DNA of 64,000 nt from an uncultured Actinomycetes bacterium. GTDB lineage: Bacteria; Actinomycetota; Thermoleophilia; UBA2241. Position numbers and translations under genes: made by a program. Numbering within the stretch: the first letter of the stretch is position 1; the number at the start of each line of letters is the position of its first letter. The notes below the pieces were generated by a model. The model had not been told where the DNA came from, searched no databases, and saw nothing but the letters and a program-made list of their open reading frames with translations. Where the stretch lies: positions 1 to 64,000 of the forward strand of contig CAVRZA010000008.1 in the NCBI GenBank assembly GCA_963725665.1. The letters run 5' to 3'. Positions 30,761 through 41,955 of the stretch are shown here, piece after piece.

Positions 30761-31129
30761 ATGGCCCGCGAAGACACCTACCTGGAGTGGCGGGGGCACC
30801 TGGCGGGCCTCGACGACGAAGAGCTCGAGGCCCGCTTCTGGGCGCTCGTGGGCGAGATCGTCGATCCGCTGGTCGAGCTCGCGCGCACGCACACCTCACC
30901 CTCGATCGAGCGCTCCGTGCTCATGCGCATGGGCGTCGACTCGCGCACCTGCATGGCGGTCGTGACGGAGGTCGACAACCGCGGCCTCCTCGGTCACGGC
31001 GCCGGCCACGTGGTGCTCCACTGCGCGACCGAGTGGGGCATCAACGTGCGTGAGGCGGCGGTCCGCCTGGCCGCCGGCGAGGGCTGGGAGACGGTCGCGG
31101 CGCGCTGGGGGGTGGCGAGCAATGTCTGA
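30761..31129 (+). CDS. oraS: D-ornithine 4,5-aminomutase, alpha subunit
   Basis: EELEARFW, HTSPSIERSVLMRMG, LLGHGAGH (3' part of track ORF 29768). Confidence 0.9.
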   Translation: MAREDTYLEWRGHLAGLDDEELEARFWALVGEIVDPLVELARTHTSPSIERSVLMRMGVDSRTCMAVVTEVDNRGLLGHGAGHVVLHCATEWGINVREAAVRLAAGEGWETVAARWGVASNV

Positions 31130-33380
31130 CGACCAGCTCGCCAGCGACGCCCAGCGCGCCGCCCACGACGCGCTGCCGCTCTCGCCCGATGAGAAGCTCG
31201 ACGTCGTCGAGCTTCTCAAGGACATCGAGCACTACCGCCCGCGGCGCAAGGGCTGGCACTGGCGCGAGCAAGTGCCGCAGCAGCGCATCGGCCCGTTCGA
31301 GTACCGGCAGACGTCCAAGCCGCTCGAGCGCAGCGTGCCGCTGCCCTCGGCGCACTACTTCGGCGACATCGATCCGCAGCCCGACTGCGTGGTGACCACC
31401 GAGATCGCCTCGGGCCGCTTCGAGGACGACATCAGACGCATGCGCATGGCCGCCTGGCACGGCGCCGACCACATGATGGTCATCCGCACCGCCGGCCAGA
31501 GCCACATGGACGGCCTCCTCGAGGGCACGCCTGAGGGCGTCGGCGGCATCGCCGTCACGCGCAAGCAGGTGCGCGCCACGCGCAAGGCCCTCGACCTCGT
31601 CGAGGACGAGGTCGGTCGCCCGATCAACTTCCACTCCTACGTGAGCGGGGTGGCCGGCCCCGAGATCGCCGTCATGTTCGCCGAGGAGGGCGTCAACGGA
31701 GCCCACCAGGACCCGCAATACAACGTCCTCTACCGCAACATCAACATGTACCGCTCGTTCGTCGACGCCGCCGTGGCCAAGAAGGTCATGGCAAGCGTGG
31801 GTATGGCGCAGATCGACGGCGCCCACAACGCCAACGCCACGGCGCGCGAGGCCTGGAAGGTCATGCCCGAGCTGCTCGTGCAGCACGCCATCAACTGCGC
31901 CTACTCGGTGGCCGTCGGCATGCCCAAAGAGGACATCTGCCTCTCGACAGTGCCGCCCGACGCGCCGCCGGCGCCCAAGATCCGCCTCGACCTGCCCTAC
32001 GCCATCGCCCTGCGCGACCTCTTCGAGGGCTACAAGATGCGCGCCCAGCAGAACACGCGCTACATCGAGTCCTGCGGCCGCGAGGCGACCGTCACGCACG
32101 TGCTCGACCTGCTGATCTCGCGCCTGACCTCGGCCGACATCCAGTCGACGATCACGCCCGATGAAGGGCGCAACGTGCCCTGGCACTACAACAACGTGCA
32201 CGCTGTCAACACGGCCCGCCAGGCGCTCGTCGGCATGGACGGTCTGCGCGACATCGTCACGGTCGACCCCGAGAACGCGGAGCTCAAGGCGCAGGTACGT
32301 GAGCTCAAGGAACGGGCGGTGCTCTTCCTCGAGCACATGATCGCGGACGGCGGCTACTTCGCCTCCGTCGAGCAGGCCTACTTCGTCGACTCCGGGCTGT
32401 ACCCGGAGACCAACGACGACGGCATCGCGCGCAAGGCCGACGGCGGTGTGGCGGCGGGATCGATCGTCGAGCGCGCCGACGACTACCTGGCGCCGGTCTG
32501 CCACCACTTCGGCGCGAACCACCTGCCCCAGGGTCTTGTGAAGCCCTGCGACCTGATCGGCGGCTGCACGCTCTGCGACGGTGAGAAGGTCCCCTTCATC
32601 GACGAGCTCGACCCCGAGGACAACGTCAACGTGCGCCTCGAGCGCACGCGGGCGCTGCGCGAGAAGGGCCTTATCAAGCCCGAGGTGGAGTGGGCGGCCG
32701 ACGGCTGGGTGGTCGTCACCCTCATGCTCCCGGCAGCCGAACGCGTGGCCGAGTTCGCCGCCCTCGAGTTCGGCAAGGCGATGAACCTGCAGGACTGCGA
32801 GGTCATCCACAAGCAGGTCCTGCACCCTGCCGAGGGCACGCTGATCGAGCTCAAAGGGCGGCTCGACGTGACCGTCGATCCGGCGACCCTCGTCATCCCC
32901 GAGAAGCCGGAGGTGCTCTCGCCCGAGGAGGTGCGCGCCTGGGTGGCCGAGCATGGCCTTAAGGTGATCGGCGCCACAGTAGGCTCCGACGAGCACTCAG
33001 TCGGCATGCAGGAGATCCTCGACATCAAGCACGGCGGGCTCGAGGCGTTCGGCGTCGAGTGCTACTACCTGGGCACCTCGGTGCCGGTCGAGAAGGCCAT
33101 CGACGCCGCGATCGAGCACGCCGCCGCCGCCATACTGATCTCGACCATCATCACTCACGGCGACGTGCACCGCCTGAACATGCAGAAGCTCAACGATCTC
33201 TGCGTGGAGAAGGGCGTGCGTGACCGCTTCGTGCTGGTCGGCGGCGGCACGCAGGTGGCCAACGAGGAAGCCGTCGAGTGCGGTATGGATGCCGGCTTCG
33301 GCCGCGGCACCAAGGGCATCGACGTGGGATCGTTCATCGTCAAGGAGCTGCGCCGGCGCGAGGCGGGAGGCGAAGCCTGA
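31122..33380 (+). CDS. oraE: D-ornithine 4,5-aminomutase, beta subunit (AdoCbl and PLP)
   Basis: EIASGRFEDDIRRMRMAAWHGADH, HQDPQYNVLYRN, DEHSVG cobalamin motif, DIKHGGLE PLP lysine. Confidence 0.95.
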   Translation: MSDDQLASDAQRAAHDALPLSPDEKLDVVELLKDIEHYRPRRKGWHWREQVPQQRIGPFEYRQTSKPLERSVPLPSAHYFGDIDPQPDCVVTTEIASGRFEDDIRRMRMAAWHGADHMMVIRTAGQSHMDGLLEGTPEGVGGIAVTRKQVRATRKALDLVEDEVGRPINFHSYVSGVAGPEIAVMFAEEGVNGAHQDPQYNVLYRNINMYRSFVDAAVAKKVMASVGMAQIDGAHNANATAREAWKVMPELLVQHAINCAYSVAVGMPKEDICLSTVPPDAPPAPKIRLDLPYAIALRDLFEGYKMRAQQNTRYIESCGREATVTHVLDLLISRLTSADIQSTITPDEGRNVPWHYNNVHAVNTARQALVGMDGLRDIVTVDPENAELKAQVRELKERAVLFLEHMIADGGYFASVEQAYFVDSGLYPETNDDGIARKADGGVAAGSIVERADDYLAPVCHHFGANHLPQGLVKPCDLIGGCTLCDGEKVPFIDELDPEDNVNVRLERTRALREKGLIKPEVEWAADGWVVVTLMLPAAERVAEFAALEFGKAMNLQDCEVIHKQVLHPAEGTLIELKGRLDVTVDPATLVIPEKPEVLSPEEVRAWVAEHGLKVIGATVGSDEHSVGMQEILDIKHGGLEAFGVECYYLGTSVPVEKAIDAAIEHAAAAILISTIITHGDVHRLNMQKLNDLCVEKGVRDRFVLVGGGTQVANEEAVECGMDAGFGRGTKGIDVGSFIVKELRRREAGGEA

Positions 33381-33448
33381 GCGCCTCGCGCGCACACGGC
33401 GGCGCGCCTCGCAGGCCCGGCGGTGACGAGCCGCCGGGCCGCACGCCG

Positions 33449-34822
33449 GTGATCGACTCGTCGGGGCGGACGTGTGATGCCGCGCGCCCCGTCGACGCCC
33501 TCGTGGCCGAGATCGGCTCGACGACGACCGTCGTCTCGGCCTTCGACGGCCTACAGGGGGACGCGCCGGCGGCGCCGGCGCTCCTTGGCCAGGGCGTCGC
33601 CGCGACGACGGTCGGCGACGGCGACGTCACGCTCGGTGTGAATCAGGCGCGCGCGGCGCTCGAGGCCCGTTCCGGGCCGCTGGCGCCGCGCGCCATCCTC
33701 GCTACGAGCTCCGCCGCCGGCGGCCTGCGCATGACGGTGCACGGTCTCACGCAGCGCATGACGGCCATGGCTGCGCGCGAGGCGGCCCTCGGCGCCGGCG
33801 CGGTCGTGAAGTACCAAACGGCCGGCAGGCTGCGCGAGGGCGACATCGAGCGCATCGCGCAGGAGCGTCCGAACCTCATCCTGCTCGCCGGTGGGGTCGA
33901 GGGCGGCGACGTCGAGACCGTACTCGCCAACGCGCGCCTGCTGGCGCGGCTGCCCACGCGGCCCAACGTCGTCTTCGGTGGCAACTCCGAGGTGCGCGAC
34001 GAGGTGCGCGCGCTGCTCGAGGAGGCCGGCTTCAAGGTGAGGACGACGCCGAACGTGTATCCGGCCGTCGACGAGCTCGACATCGTGCCGGCGCGGGCGG
34101 TCATCCACGACGCCTTCGAGGAGCACATCACGCACGCCCCGGGCATGGAGCGCATCGTCGACCTCGTCACGGGACCTATCCTGCCCACGCCCGGCGCGGT
34201 GCTGCTGGCGGTGGAGCGTCTCGCCGAGGAGCTCGGCGACCTGGTCGTCATCGACGTCGGCGGGGCGACCACCGACGTGCACTCCGTCACCGACGGCAGC
34301 CCCGATCTCGCCGCCCTGCAGACGGAGCCACAGCCGCACAGCAAGCGCACCGTCGAGGGCGACCTGGGCACGTTCGTGAGCGCGCGCCACGTCGTCGACC
34401 TGCTGCCGGCGGCCGAACGGCCGGCGGCTCTGCCGCCGGCGCTGCCGACGACGGCCGATGAGATCGACGCAGCGCGCACCCTCGCTCGCGCCGCGGCCGT
34501 CACGGCCGTGCAGCGGCACGCCGGCGCTCTCGTGCACCTCTACACGCCTACCGGACGCAAGACGGTGGCGCGCGGCCGTGACCTCACGGCTTGCCGTTGG
34601 GTGATCGGCACCGGCGGCGCCCTGACGAGATTGCCGGGCGGGGAGGAGGTGCTCGCGTCGACGCGCGCGTCGACGGGCGGCCCCTCGGAGAGGCTCCTGC
34701 CGCCCGCCGACGCGCGCGTCGCCCTCGACGGCGACTACATCTTCGCCTGCTGCGGCGCGCTGCTGGCGCGCTTCAGCGCCGACCGGGTGGTCGCGCTCAT
34801 GCGGCACAGCCTCGGCTGCTGA
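33449..34822 (+). CDS. Aminomutase reactivating factor (GlmL/MutL family)
   Basis: VAEIGSTTT, ATSSAAGGLRM, DVGGATTDVHS, KRTVEGDLG, IGTGGAL; start uncertain. Confidence 0.85.
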   Translation: MIDSSGRTCDAARPVDALVAEIGSTTTVVSAFDGLQGDAPAAPALLGQGVAATTVGDGDVTLGVNQARAALEARSGPLAPRAILATSSAAGGLRMTVHGLTQRMTAMAAREAALGAGAVVKYQTAGRLREGDIERIAQERPNLILLAGGVEGGDVETVLANARLLARLPTRPNVVFGGNSEVRDEVRALLEEAGFKVRTTPNVYPAVDELDIVPARAVIHDAFEEHITHAPGMERIVDLVTGPILPTPGAVLLAVERLAEELGDLVVIDVGGATTDVHSVTDGSPDLAALQTEPQPHSKRTVEGDLGTFVSARHVVDLLPAAERPAALPPALPTTADEIDAARTLARAAAVTAVQRHAGALVHLYTPTGRKTVARGRDLTACRWVIGTGGALTRLPGGEEVLASTRASTGGPSERLLPPADARVALDGDYIFACCGALLARFSADRVVALMRHSLGC

Positions 34823-35015
34823 AGGAGCCTGGGCCAGACCCCGTGTAGCCTCTCCCGCGTCGGTGGGGAATGCAGGAGGCAGGCGATAGGCCCTGGGGCG
34901 CACGGTAGCAGGCTTCGGTCCCGTTGTACGGGCCCAGACGACGCGGCAGGGCACCACGAGCCCTCCGCGACCGCGCCTCCCAGCCGCTTCGCAAGACGAC
35001 GGGAGGAAGGGCGAG

Positions 35016-35918
35016 ATGGACGAGATGGAGCGCTCCGCTGAGGGCAAGACGATACTCATCACCGGTGCGACGTCGGGTATCGGCAGAGCCACCGCCCTCG
35101 CCCTCGCGGCTCGCCGGCCGCACTTGGTCATCCTGGCTAGAGACCCGAAACGCGGCGAGGAGGTGGCGGCCGCGGCTCGTCGGGCGGGGGCCGCAGACGC
35201 CGAATTGCTCCGCTGCGATGTGAGCCTGATGGAGTCGGTGCGCGCGGCTGCGGCGGAGTTCGCCCGCCGCCACGCCGTCCTTGACGTACTCATCAACAAC
35301 GCCGCAGTCTTCACCGCCCATCGCGAGGTGACCGCGGAGGGGCACGAGCGCATGCTCGCCACGAACTACCTCGGCCCGTTTCTGCTGACCAACCTCCTGG
35401 CCGATCGCCTCGCCGCCGCCGCTCCCTCACGCGTTATCATGGTGACCGCCCCGGCGACGACCGCACCCCACGTGGACGACCTCGAGAGCGCGGGCCGCTT
35501 CCGGCCGACGCTGGCCTTCGGTCGCTCGAAGGCCGCCGAGCTCCTCTTCAGCTACGCGCTGGCACGACGTCTCGGGCCTCGCAGCGTGGCCGTTTGCGCG
35601 TACCATCCCGGGGTCACACAGACCACCCTGCTGAAGAACGGGCCGCTTGCGATGAGAGCACTGGGGGCGGTCATGAACCTCAGGGCCCAGACAGCCGAGC
35701 AGGCCTCCCGGGGTCTCGTCGAGCTTTCCCTTTCGCTGGGGATCGAGCGGCTCGCCGGTGGGCTCGTGCATGACGGTAAGGCGATCAAGGCGCCCTTCGC
35801 CGATGATGGCGAGCTGCAGGAACGACTCTGGGCGGCGAGCGAGCGACTCGTGGGGATGATCGAGCCGGACGCGACGAAGGACGCGCGTGCGGATGACCAC
35901 AGGCGACTCTCTAGATAA
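35016..35918 (+). CDS. SDR, retinol-dehydrogenase-like
   Basis: TGATSGIG, INNAA, ATNYLGPFLLT; the catalytic Tyr appears replaced (FGRSK). Confidence 0.85.
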   Translation: MDEMERSAEGKTILITGATSGIGRATALALAARRPHLVILARDPKRGEEVAAAARRAGAADAELLRCDVSLMESVRAAAAEFARRHAVLDVLINNAAVFTAHREVTAEGHERMLATNYLGPFLLTNLLADRLAAAAPSRVIMVTAPATTAPHVDDLESAGRFRPTLAFGRSKAAELLFSYALARRLGPRSVAVCAYHPGVTQTTLLKNGPLAMRALGAVMNLRAQTAEQASRGLVELSLSLGIERLAGGLVHDGKAIKAPFADDGELQERLWAASERLVGMIEPDATKDARADDHRRLSR

Positions 35919-36056
35919 GCAGACCGGCAGGAGCGAGCAGACCCAGCATCCCGCGCTCGCTCCTTTCACGCCCCAGGGCGCGACTGGTTCGGGCGGGCGT
36001 TCGTGGAGCCTACGCCCGCGCATGGCTCTGAGAGCTAGGGCGTGGGAGTCAACTGC

Positions 36057-36251
36057 TTAGGATGCTGCTGCGCCGGATCCCTTGGAATCGCCCAACTGTT
36101 CGACCGCGAGCGTCAGCTTCTCGATCCTGTCGGCGATAAGCGCCAAGAACAGGCGAGTGGCTTGGGCGTCGGTGGTGCGGCCGCTCAGGATAGAGCTCTC
36201 GATAGCATCCACGAGGTCTTGCGTCGCCGCGTTCATGCCGGCAACCTGCAT
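36057..36251 (-). CDS. Small hypothetical protein (64 aa, helical)
   Basis: GAGGAG SD 6 nt before ATG; protein-like composition in an otherwise empty gap. Confidence 0.5.
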   Translation of the reverse strand: MQVAGMNAATQDLVDAIESSILSGRTTDAQATRLFLALIADRIEKLTLAVEQLGDSKGSGAAAS

Positions 36252-36481
36252 TCTTCACTCCTCTCGAGCGTGACAGAAGTAGAGGAAGACTAACGAACGG
36301 AGCTGGGGCCCGCTAGCCGAGCGTGCCTGCCTGAGGGTGGAGTCCTGGCGCGACGGCGGACGCGACGGCGGGGTCTTGCTCGTCGGTGCCGCACACGCAC
36401 TCCTCTCCCGTGGTCGCGCGCTGCGGGAAGACGTCGCATCATCCAGGCATCAAGGGTGCGGCGAGGGGTATCCTGACTCTC

Positions 36482-39400
36482 GTGGTCGCGACGACGCCTC
36501 ATCCCGCACTCGCTCCCTTCACGCCACAGGTGCGTGACTGGTTCGCGCGAGCGTTCGCGGAGCCGACGCCCGCGCAGATCCAGGCGTGGCCGGCCATCGC
36601 CACGGGCGAGCACGCGCTCATCGCCGCCCCGACCGGGTCGGGCAAGACCCTCGCCGCCTTCCTCTGGGCGCTCGATCGGCTCGTGGCCGATCCCTCGCCG
36701 GCTGACCGGCGCAAGCGCGTCACTCGTCTCGTCTACGTCTCCCCGCTCAAGGCGCTGGGCTACGACGTGGAGAAGAACCTTCGTGCGCCGCTGCGCGGCA
36801 TCGGCGCCGACGTGAGGGTCGCTATCCGCACCGGCGACACCCCGCAGGTCGAGCGCCGCGAGATGCTGCGCGAGCCGCCTGACGTGCTCATCACGACGCC
36901 CGAGTCGCTCTATCTCATGCTCACCTCGCAGGCGCGGCGACTCTTCTCCGGCACGGAGTGGGTGATCGTCGACGAGATCCACGCCGTCGCGCAGACCAAG
37001 CGCGGCGCGCATCTCGCCGTGACGCTCGAGCGACTCGTCGAGGAGGCCGGTCGCGACGTGCAGCGCATCGGCCTCTCGGCGACGCAGAAGCCGCTCGAGG
37101 AGGTGGCCCGCTTCCTGGTCGGACCGCAGCGCTCATGCAGGGTCGTCGACGCCGGCCTGCGCAAGGAGCTCGACCTGCGCATCCACGTGCCGGTGGAGTC
37201 GATGGTCGAGCCCGACGAGGTCGATCTCGGGCTCGACCAGTCGACAGGCAAGGAGGCGACGCGGCGCTCGATCTGGCCGGCGATCTATCCGGAGCTCTTG
37301 CGGCTCGTGCGTGAGCATCGTTCCACGCTCGTCTTCGTCAACAACCGTCGCGCCGCGGAACGCATCGCGCTGCGGCTGAACGAGCTGGCCGAGCGGGAAG
37401 AGGAGGGCGACGCAGGGAAGAGAGCGTCGGGTCCGATCGCGCGCGCCCATCACGGCTCCCTCGCACGGGAGGAGCGGCTGCAGATCGAGGACCAGCTCAA
37501 GGCCGGCGTGCTGCCCTGTCTCGTGGCGACCTCGTCGCTCGAGTTGGGCATCGACATGGGCGCCGTCGACCTGGTGATCCAGGTCGAGTCGCCCAAGTCA
37601 GTGACGCGCGGGCTGCAGCGCATCGGGCGGGCCGGGCACGGTGTCGGCGATGTGTCCAAGGGGAGGATCTTCCCCAAGTTCCGCGCCGACCTGCTCGAGT
37701 GCGCCGTGGTCGCCAAACGCATGCGCGAGGGTGAGATCGAGACGACCGTCGTCCCGCGCAACCCCCTCGACGTGCTGGCGCAACAGATCGTGGCCATCGC
37801 CGCGACGGCGGGCGACGAGGGCGTGCCGGTCGACGACCTGCACGCCCTCGTCGCCCGCACCTACACCTACGCCGAGCTCGAGCGGCGCCAGCTTGAGAAC
37901 GTGCTCGACATGCTCGACGGTCGCTACCCCTCGGACGAGTTCGGCGAGCTGCGGGCGCGGATCGTGTGGGACAGGCTCTCGGGCACGATCCGCGCCCGCA
38001 AGGGCGCCCTCGGCCTCGCGGTCGCCAACGCGGGCACGATCCCCGACCGCGGACTCTTCTCGGTGAACCTGCCCGACGGGCGTCGTGTCGGCGAGCTCGA
38101 CGAGGAGATGGTCTACGAGGCGCGGGCGGGTCAGACGTTCCTGCTCGGCGCCTCGTCGTGGCGCATCGAGGAGATCACCCGCGACCGCGTCATCGTTTCT
38201 CCTGCTCCGGGCGTGCCGGCCGCCGTGCCCTTCTGGCACGGCGACGGGATCGGGCGCCCGCGCGAGCTGGGCGAGGCGATCGGTGCCTTCGCGCGCTGGG
38301 CCGTCGCCCGCCAGCCCGAGGAGCTCGAGCGCGACTACGACCTCGATTCGCGGGCGGCGCGCAATCTGGTCGAGTTCCTGCGCGAGCAGGAGCAGGCGAC
38401 CCGCGTCGTGCCCAGCGACCACACGGTCGTCGTGGAGCGCTTCCGCGACGAGATCGGCGACTGGCGCCTGTGCGTGCTCTCGCCCTACGGCGGGCGCGTG
38501 CACAGCGCCTGGGCGCTGGCCCTAAGCGGCCGTCTGCGCGAGCGCTTCGGGCTCGAGGCAGGCGCCATCTGGTCCGACGACGGCATCATCGTGCACCTGC
38601 CCGACGCGGACGAACCGCCGGGCACCGACCTGGTGCTCATCGACCCCGACCAGGTCGAGGATCTGGTCGTCGCCGAGCTCGGCGGCAGCGCCCTGTTCGG
38701 GGCCCGCTTCCGCGAGAACGCCGCCCGGGCGCTGCTCATCCCGCGCGCCTACCCGGGCAGGCGCACCCCGCTCTGGCAGCAGCGCCTGAAGTCGCAGTCG
38801 TTGCTCGAGGTAGCGCGCCGCTACGGGCAGTTCCCGATCGTGCTCGAGACCTACCGCGAGTGCCTGCGCGACGTGCTCGACGTACCCGGGCTGGTCGAGA
38901 TCCTGCGCCGGATCCACCGCCGCGAGCTGTCCCTCGTCGAAGTAGAGACCGCCACCGCGTCGCCGTTCGCCTCCTCGCTCCTCTTCGACTACGTGGCGAC
39001 CTACATGTACGAGGGTGAGACGCCGAAGGCCGAGCGGCGGGCGGCGGCGCTCGCCCTCGATCGTGAGCTGCTGCGCGAGCTGCTCGGCCAGGAGGAGCTG
39101 CGCGAGCTCATCGACGCCGGCGCGCTGGAGGAGGTCGAGGACAACCTGCAGCGGCGATCTGAACGCACGCGGGCGGCGTCGCCCGACGAGCTGCACGATG
39201 TGCTGCGGCGGCTCGGCGACCTGACCCTCGAGGAGGTGCGCGGGCGCGTTGTCGCGCTGGAGGAGGCCGAGGCGTGGCTCGACGGGCTCGCCCGCGAGCG
39301 GCGCGCTGTGCGCGTCCGGCTCGCGGGCGAGCTCCGCTGGATCGCGACCGAGGACGCCGGCCTGATGCGTGACGCGCTCGGTGCCGTGCCCCCGTCGGGC

Positions 39401-40964
39401 CTGCCCGAGGCGTTCCTCACCGACGTGCCCGACGCCCTCGCGCGTCTCGCGCGTCGCTACGCTCGTACGCATGGGCCCTTCGAGTCGGCCGAGCTGCGTG
39501 CGCGGTACGGCATCGAGCTCACCCCCGTGCTCGAGAGCCTCGAGCGCGAGGGGGAGCTCGTTCGCGGCGAGCTGCGGCCCGGCGGCAGCCGGCGCGAGTG
39601 GTGCGACCCCGAGGTGCTCCGTCGACTGCGCCGGGCCTCGCTCGCTGTGTTGCGGCGCGAGATCGAGCCCGCGGAGCGGCGCGTGCTCGCACGGTTCGCG
39701 CCCGAGTGGCAGGGGATCGATCGGCGTTCGTCGGCAGGCGCCGGTGTCGACCGGCTGCGCGAGGTACTCGTGCCGCTGCAGGGAGTGCCGCTCTCGCCGG
39801 AGGTGTGGGAGCGCGACGTGCTGCCGCGGCGCGTCGGCGCCTACTCGCCCGCCTGGCTCGACCAGTTGTGTGCGAGTGGGGAGGTCGTCTGGGTCGGCGC
39901 CGGGCCGGTCGGCAGACGCGGCGGCAAGGTCGCGCTCTACTTCCGTGAGGACGTCGCCTTGCTCGGGCCCCCGCCGATGCCCGAGACGGCAGCGGTGACT
40001 GGCGAGGTGCACGACCGTATCCGCGAACGCCTGCGGCGCGCCCCCTGCTTCTTCACCGACTTCCTGGTCGAGCTCAGCGGTGTCACGACGCAGGAGCTCC
40101 AGGACGCGCTCTGGGATCTGGTCTGGTCGGGGGAGGTGACCAACGACGCCTTCGCGCCGCTGCGCTCGGCGAAGCTGGCGCCGCCTTCGGTGCCCGAGCG
40201 ACAGCGCTCGCTGCACGCCGCGCAACGGCGGCGGCGTTTCGGCGCGCGGCCGACCGGAGCCATGCCGCAGGTCCAGGGACGCTGGTCGCCGACCGAGGCC
40301 CTGTTCGCCGGCGCGCCGTGCGGAGCCGGCAGCGCGCCGGCGCGCCTGGGCCGAGCTCTTGCTCGAGCGTCACGGCATCGTGACGCGCGAGCTCGTGCGC
40401 GCCGAGGGCATTGCCGGCGGCTTCGCCGCCCTCTACGATGCCCTCACCTCGCTGGAGACGCTCGGCGTCGCGCGCCGGGGCTACTTCGTCGAGGGCCTGG
40501 GCGGCGCGCAGTTCGCGCTGCCCGCGGCCGTCGAGCGGCTGCGCGGGCAGCGCGACGACGAGCGCGTCGCCCTCGTCCTGGCCGCCGCCGACCCCGCGCA
40601 GGTCTACGGCGCCGCGCTGCGCTGGCCGCAGCTCTCTGACAGAAGCCCTGGGCGCCACGGCGGCGCCTACGTCGTGCAGGTCGGCGGCGATCCCGTCCTC
40701 TTCGTCGATAGAGGCGGCAGGGGCCTGCAGACGCTGGTCGACGCCGACGACGGGCGCGTCGACCAGGCGCTGCAGGCACTCGTCGAGAGCGTTGCGCACG
40801 GCCGGGTGCGTCGGCTCGCCGTCGAGAGAATCGACGGCGAGCCGGCCGTCGCCTCTCCTTTCGCGAACCGCCTCATCGCCCTGGGCTTCCGCGCCGGCCC
40901 GCGCAGGCTCACGCTGGCCGCCGACCACATCGGGGCCACCGCGTCCGATCGCTCCGGGCCGTGA
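36482..40964 (+). CDS. lhr: Full-length Lhr helicase (SF2 core plus C-terminal domain); frameshift near 40319
   Basis: APTGSGKT, SPLKAL, DEIH, HHGSL, ATSSLELGID, QRIGRAGH, GTIPD; the C-terminal LLERHGIV...RRGYFVEGLGGAQFA is in the next frame. Confidence 0.92.
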
Positions 40965-40993
40965 GCACCAGCCGGCCACCGCTGTGAACGGCG

Positions 40994-41779
40994 ATGCCTG
41001 AGGGCGACACCATCCACTACGCGGCGCGCCGCATCCGCGCCGTCCTCGAGGGTCACGTCCCCGACGAGATCCTCACTACGCACCCCCGCTTCGCGCGCGA
41101 CGAGTGGCCGGAGCGGCTGGCCGGGCGCCGCGTGACCGTCGTCGACGCCGTCGGCAAGCACCTGCTCGTCCGCTTCGAGGGCGGGCCTCGTGATCCATTC
41201 GCACCTGCGCATGCACGGCCGCTGGCGCATCGTTCCGGCCGACGAGCGATGGCGCCGCTCGCGCGGCACCTGGCTGGTGATCAGACGTGGCCAGACGGAG
41301 GTCGTGCAGTCGGGCGGGCCCGTCCTCGAGCTCATCGACTGTCCGCACAAGCCCGGCTCGACCCGAGGCTGACCCAGCTTGGCCCTGACATCGTCGCGCC
41401 CGAGCCCTTCGACGAGGCGCGCTTCTTGCGCCGTCTGCGCGGAGACGACCCCACGCGGCCCATCGGCGATGCGCTGCTCGACCAGCGAACGGTGGCCGGC
41501 ATCGGCAACTTCTGGAAGGTCGAAGGCTGCTTCCTCGCCGGGATCGATCCCGGGCGGCCCGTCGCGGAGGTGAGTGACGAGGAGGCCCGCGCAATCGTCG
41601 CCACGCTGCGGCCACGCATGCAGGCCTCAGCACAGGACGGCCACCAGTCGCGCTTCACGACGATCTACGGGAAGAGCGGCTCCTACTGTCCCCGGTGCGG
41701 CCCTCGAGCGCGGATCGCCGCACGCCACCAGGGTGACGACAACCGCATCACCTACTGGTGCCCGTCGTGCCAGCACTGA
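40994..41779 (+). CDS. nei: Fpg/Nei-family DNA glycosylase (compensating frameshifts ~41185 and ~41345)
   Basis: MPEGDT N-terminus, GKHLL, HSHLRMHGRW (alternate frame), LLDQRTVAGIGN, CPRC...WCPSCQ zinc finger. Confidence 0.9.
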   Translation: MPEGDTIHYAARRIRAVLEGHVPDEILTTHPRFARDEWPERLAGRRVTVVDAVGKHLLVRFEGGPRDPFAPAHARPLAHRSGRRAMAPLARHLAGDQTWPDGGRAVGRARPRAHRLSAQARLDPRLTQLGPDIVAPEPFDEARFLRRLRGDDPTRPIGDALLDQRTVAGIGNFWKVEGCFLAGIDPGRPVAEVSDEEARAIVATLRPRMQASAQDGHQSRFTTIYGKSGSYCPRCGPRARIAARHQGDDNRITYWCPSCQH

Positions 41780-41838
41780 TGCGGGTCGTAAGAGCGGTTC
41801 CTTTTGCCTGCGCCGCCCCTGGGTCACAGCCCCTCGGC

Positions 41839-41887
41839 TTGCACATCCGGGGAGGGCTGCAATACGCTCCTGTATAGGAACTATTCA
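41839..41887 (+). promoter_or_regulatory. Promoter (TTGCAC-N18-TACGCT) with TGTAT-N7-ATTCA palindrome over the predicted start site
   Basis: Direct reading; matches the site upstream of ord. Confidence 0.45.
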
Positions 41888-41955
41888 CCCTGCGTGGCAC
41901 CCGCATCGTGCGACGGGCATGGTCGGAGGCCGGCCGCGGAGAGGCGCGAGGGAAC

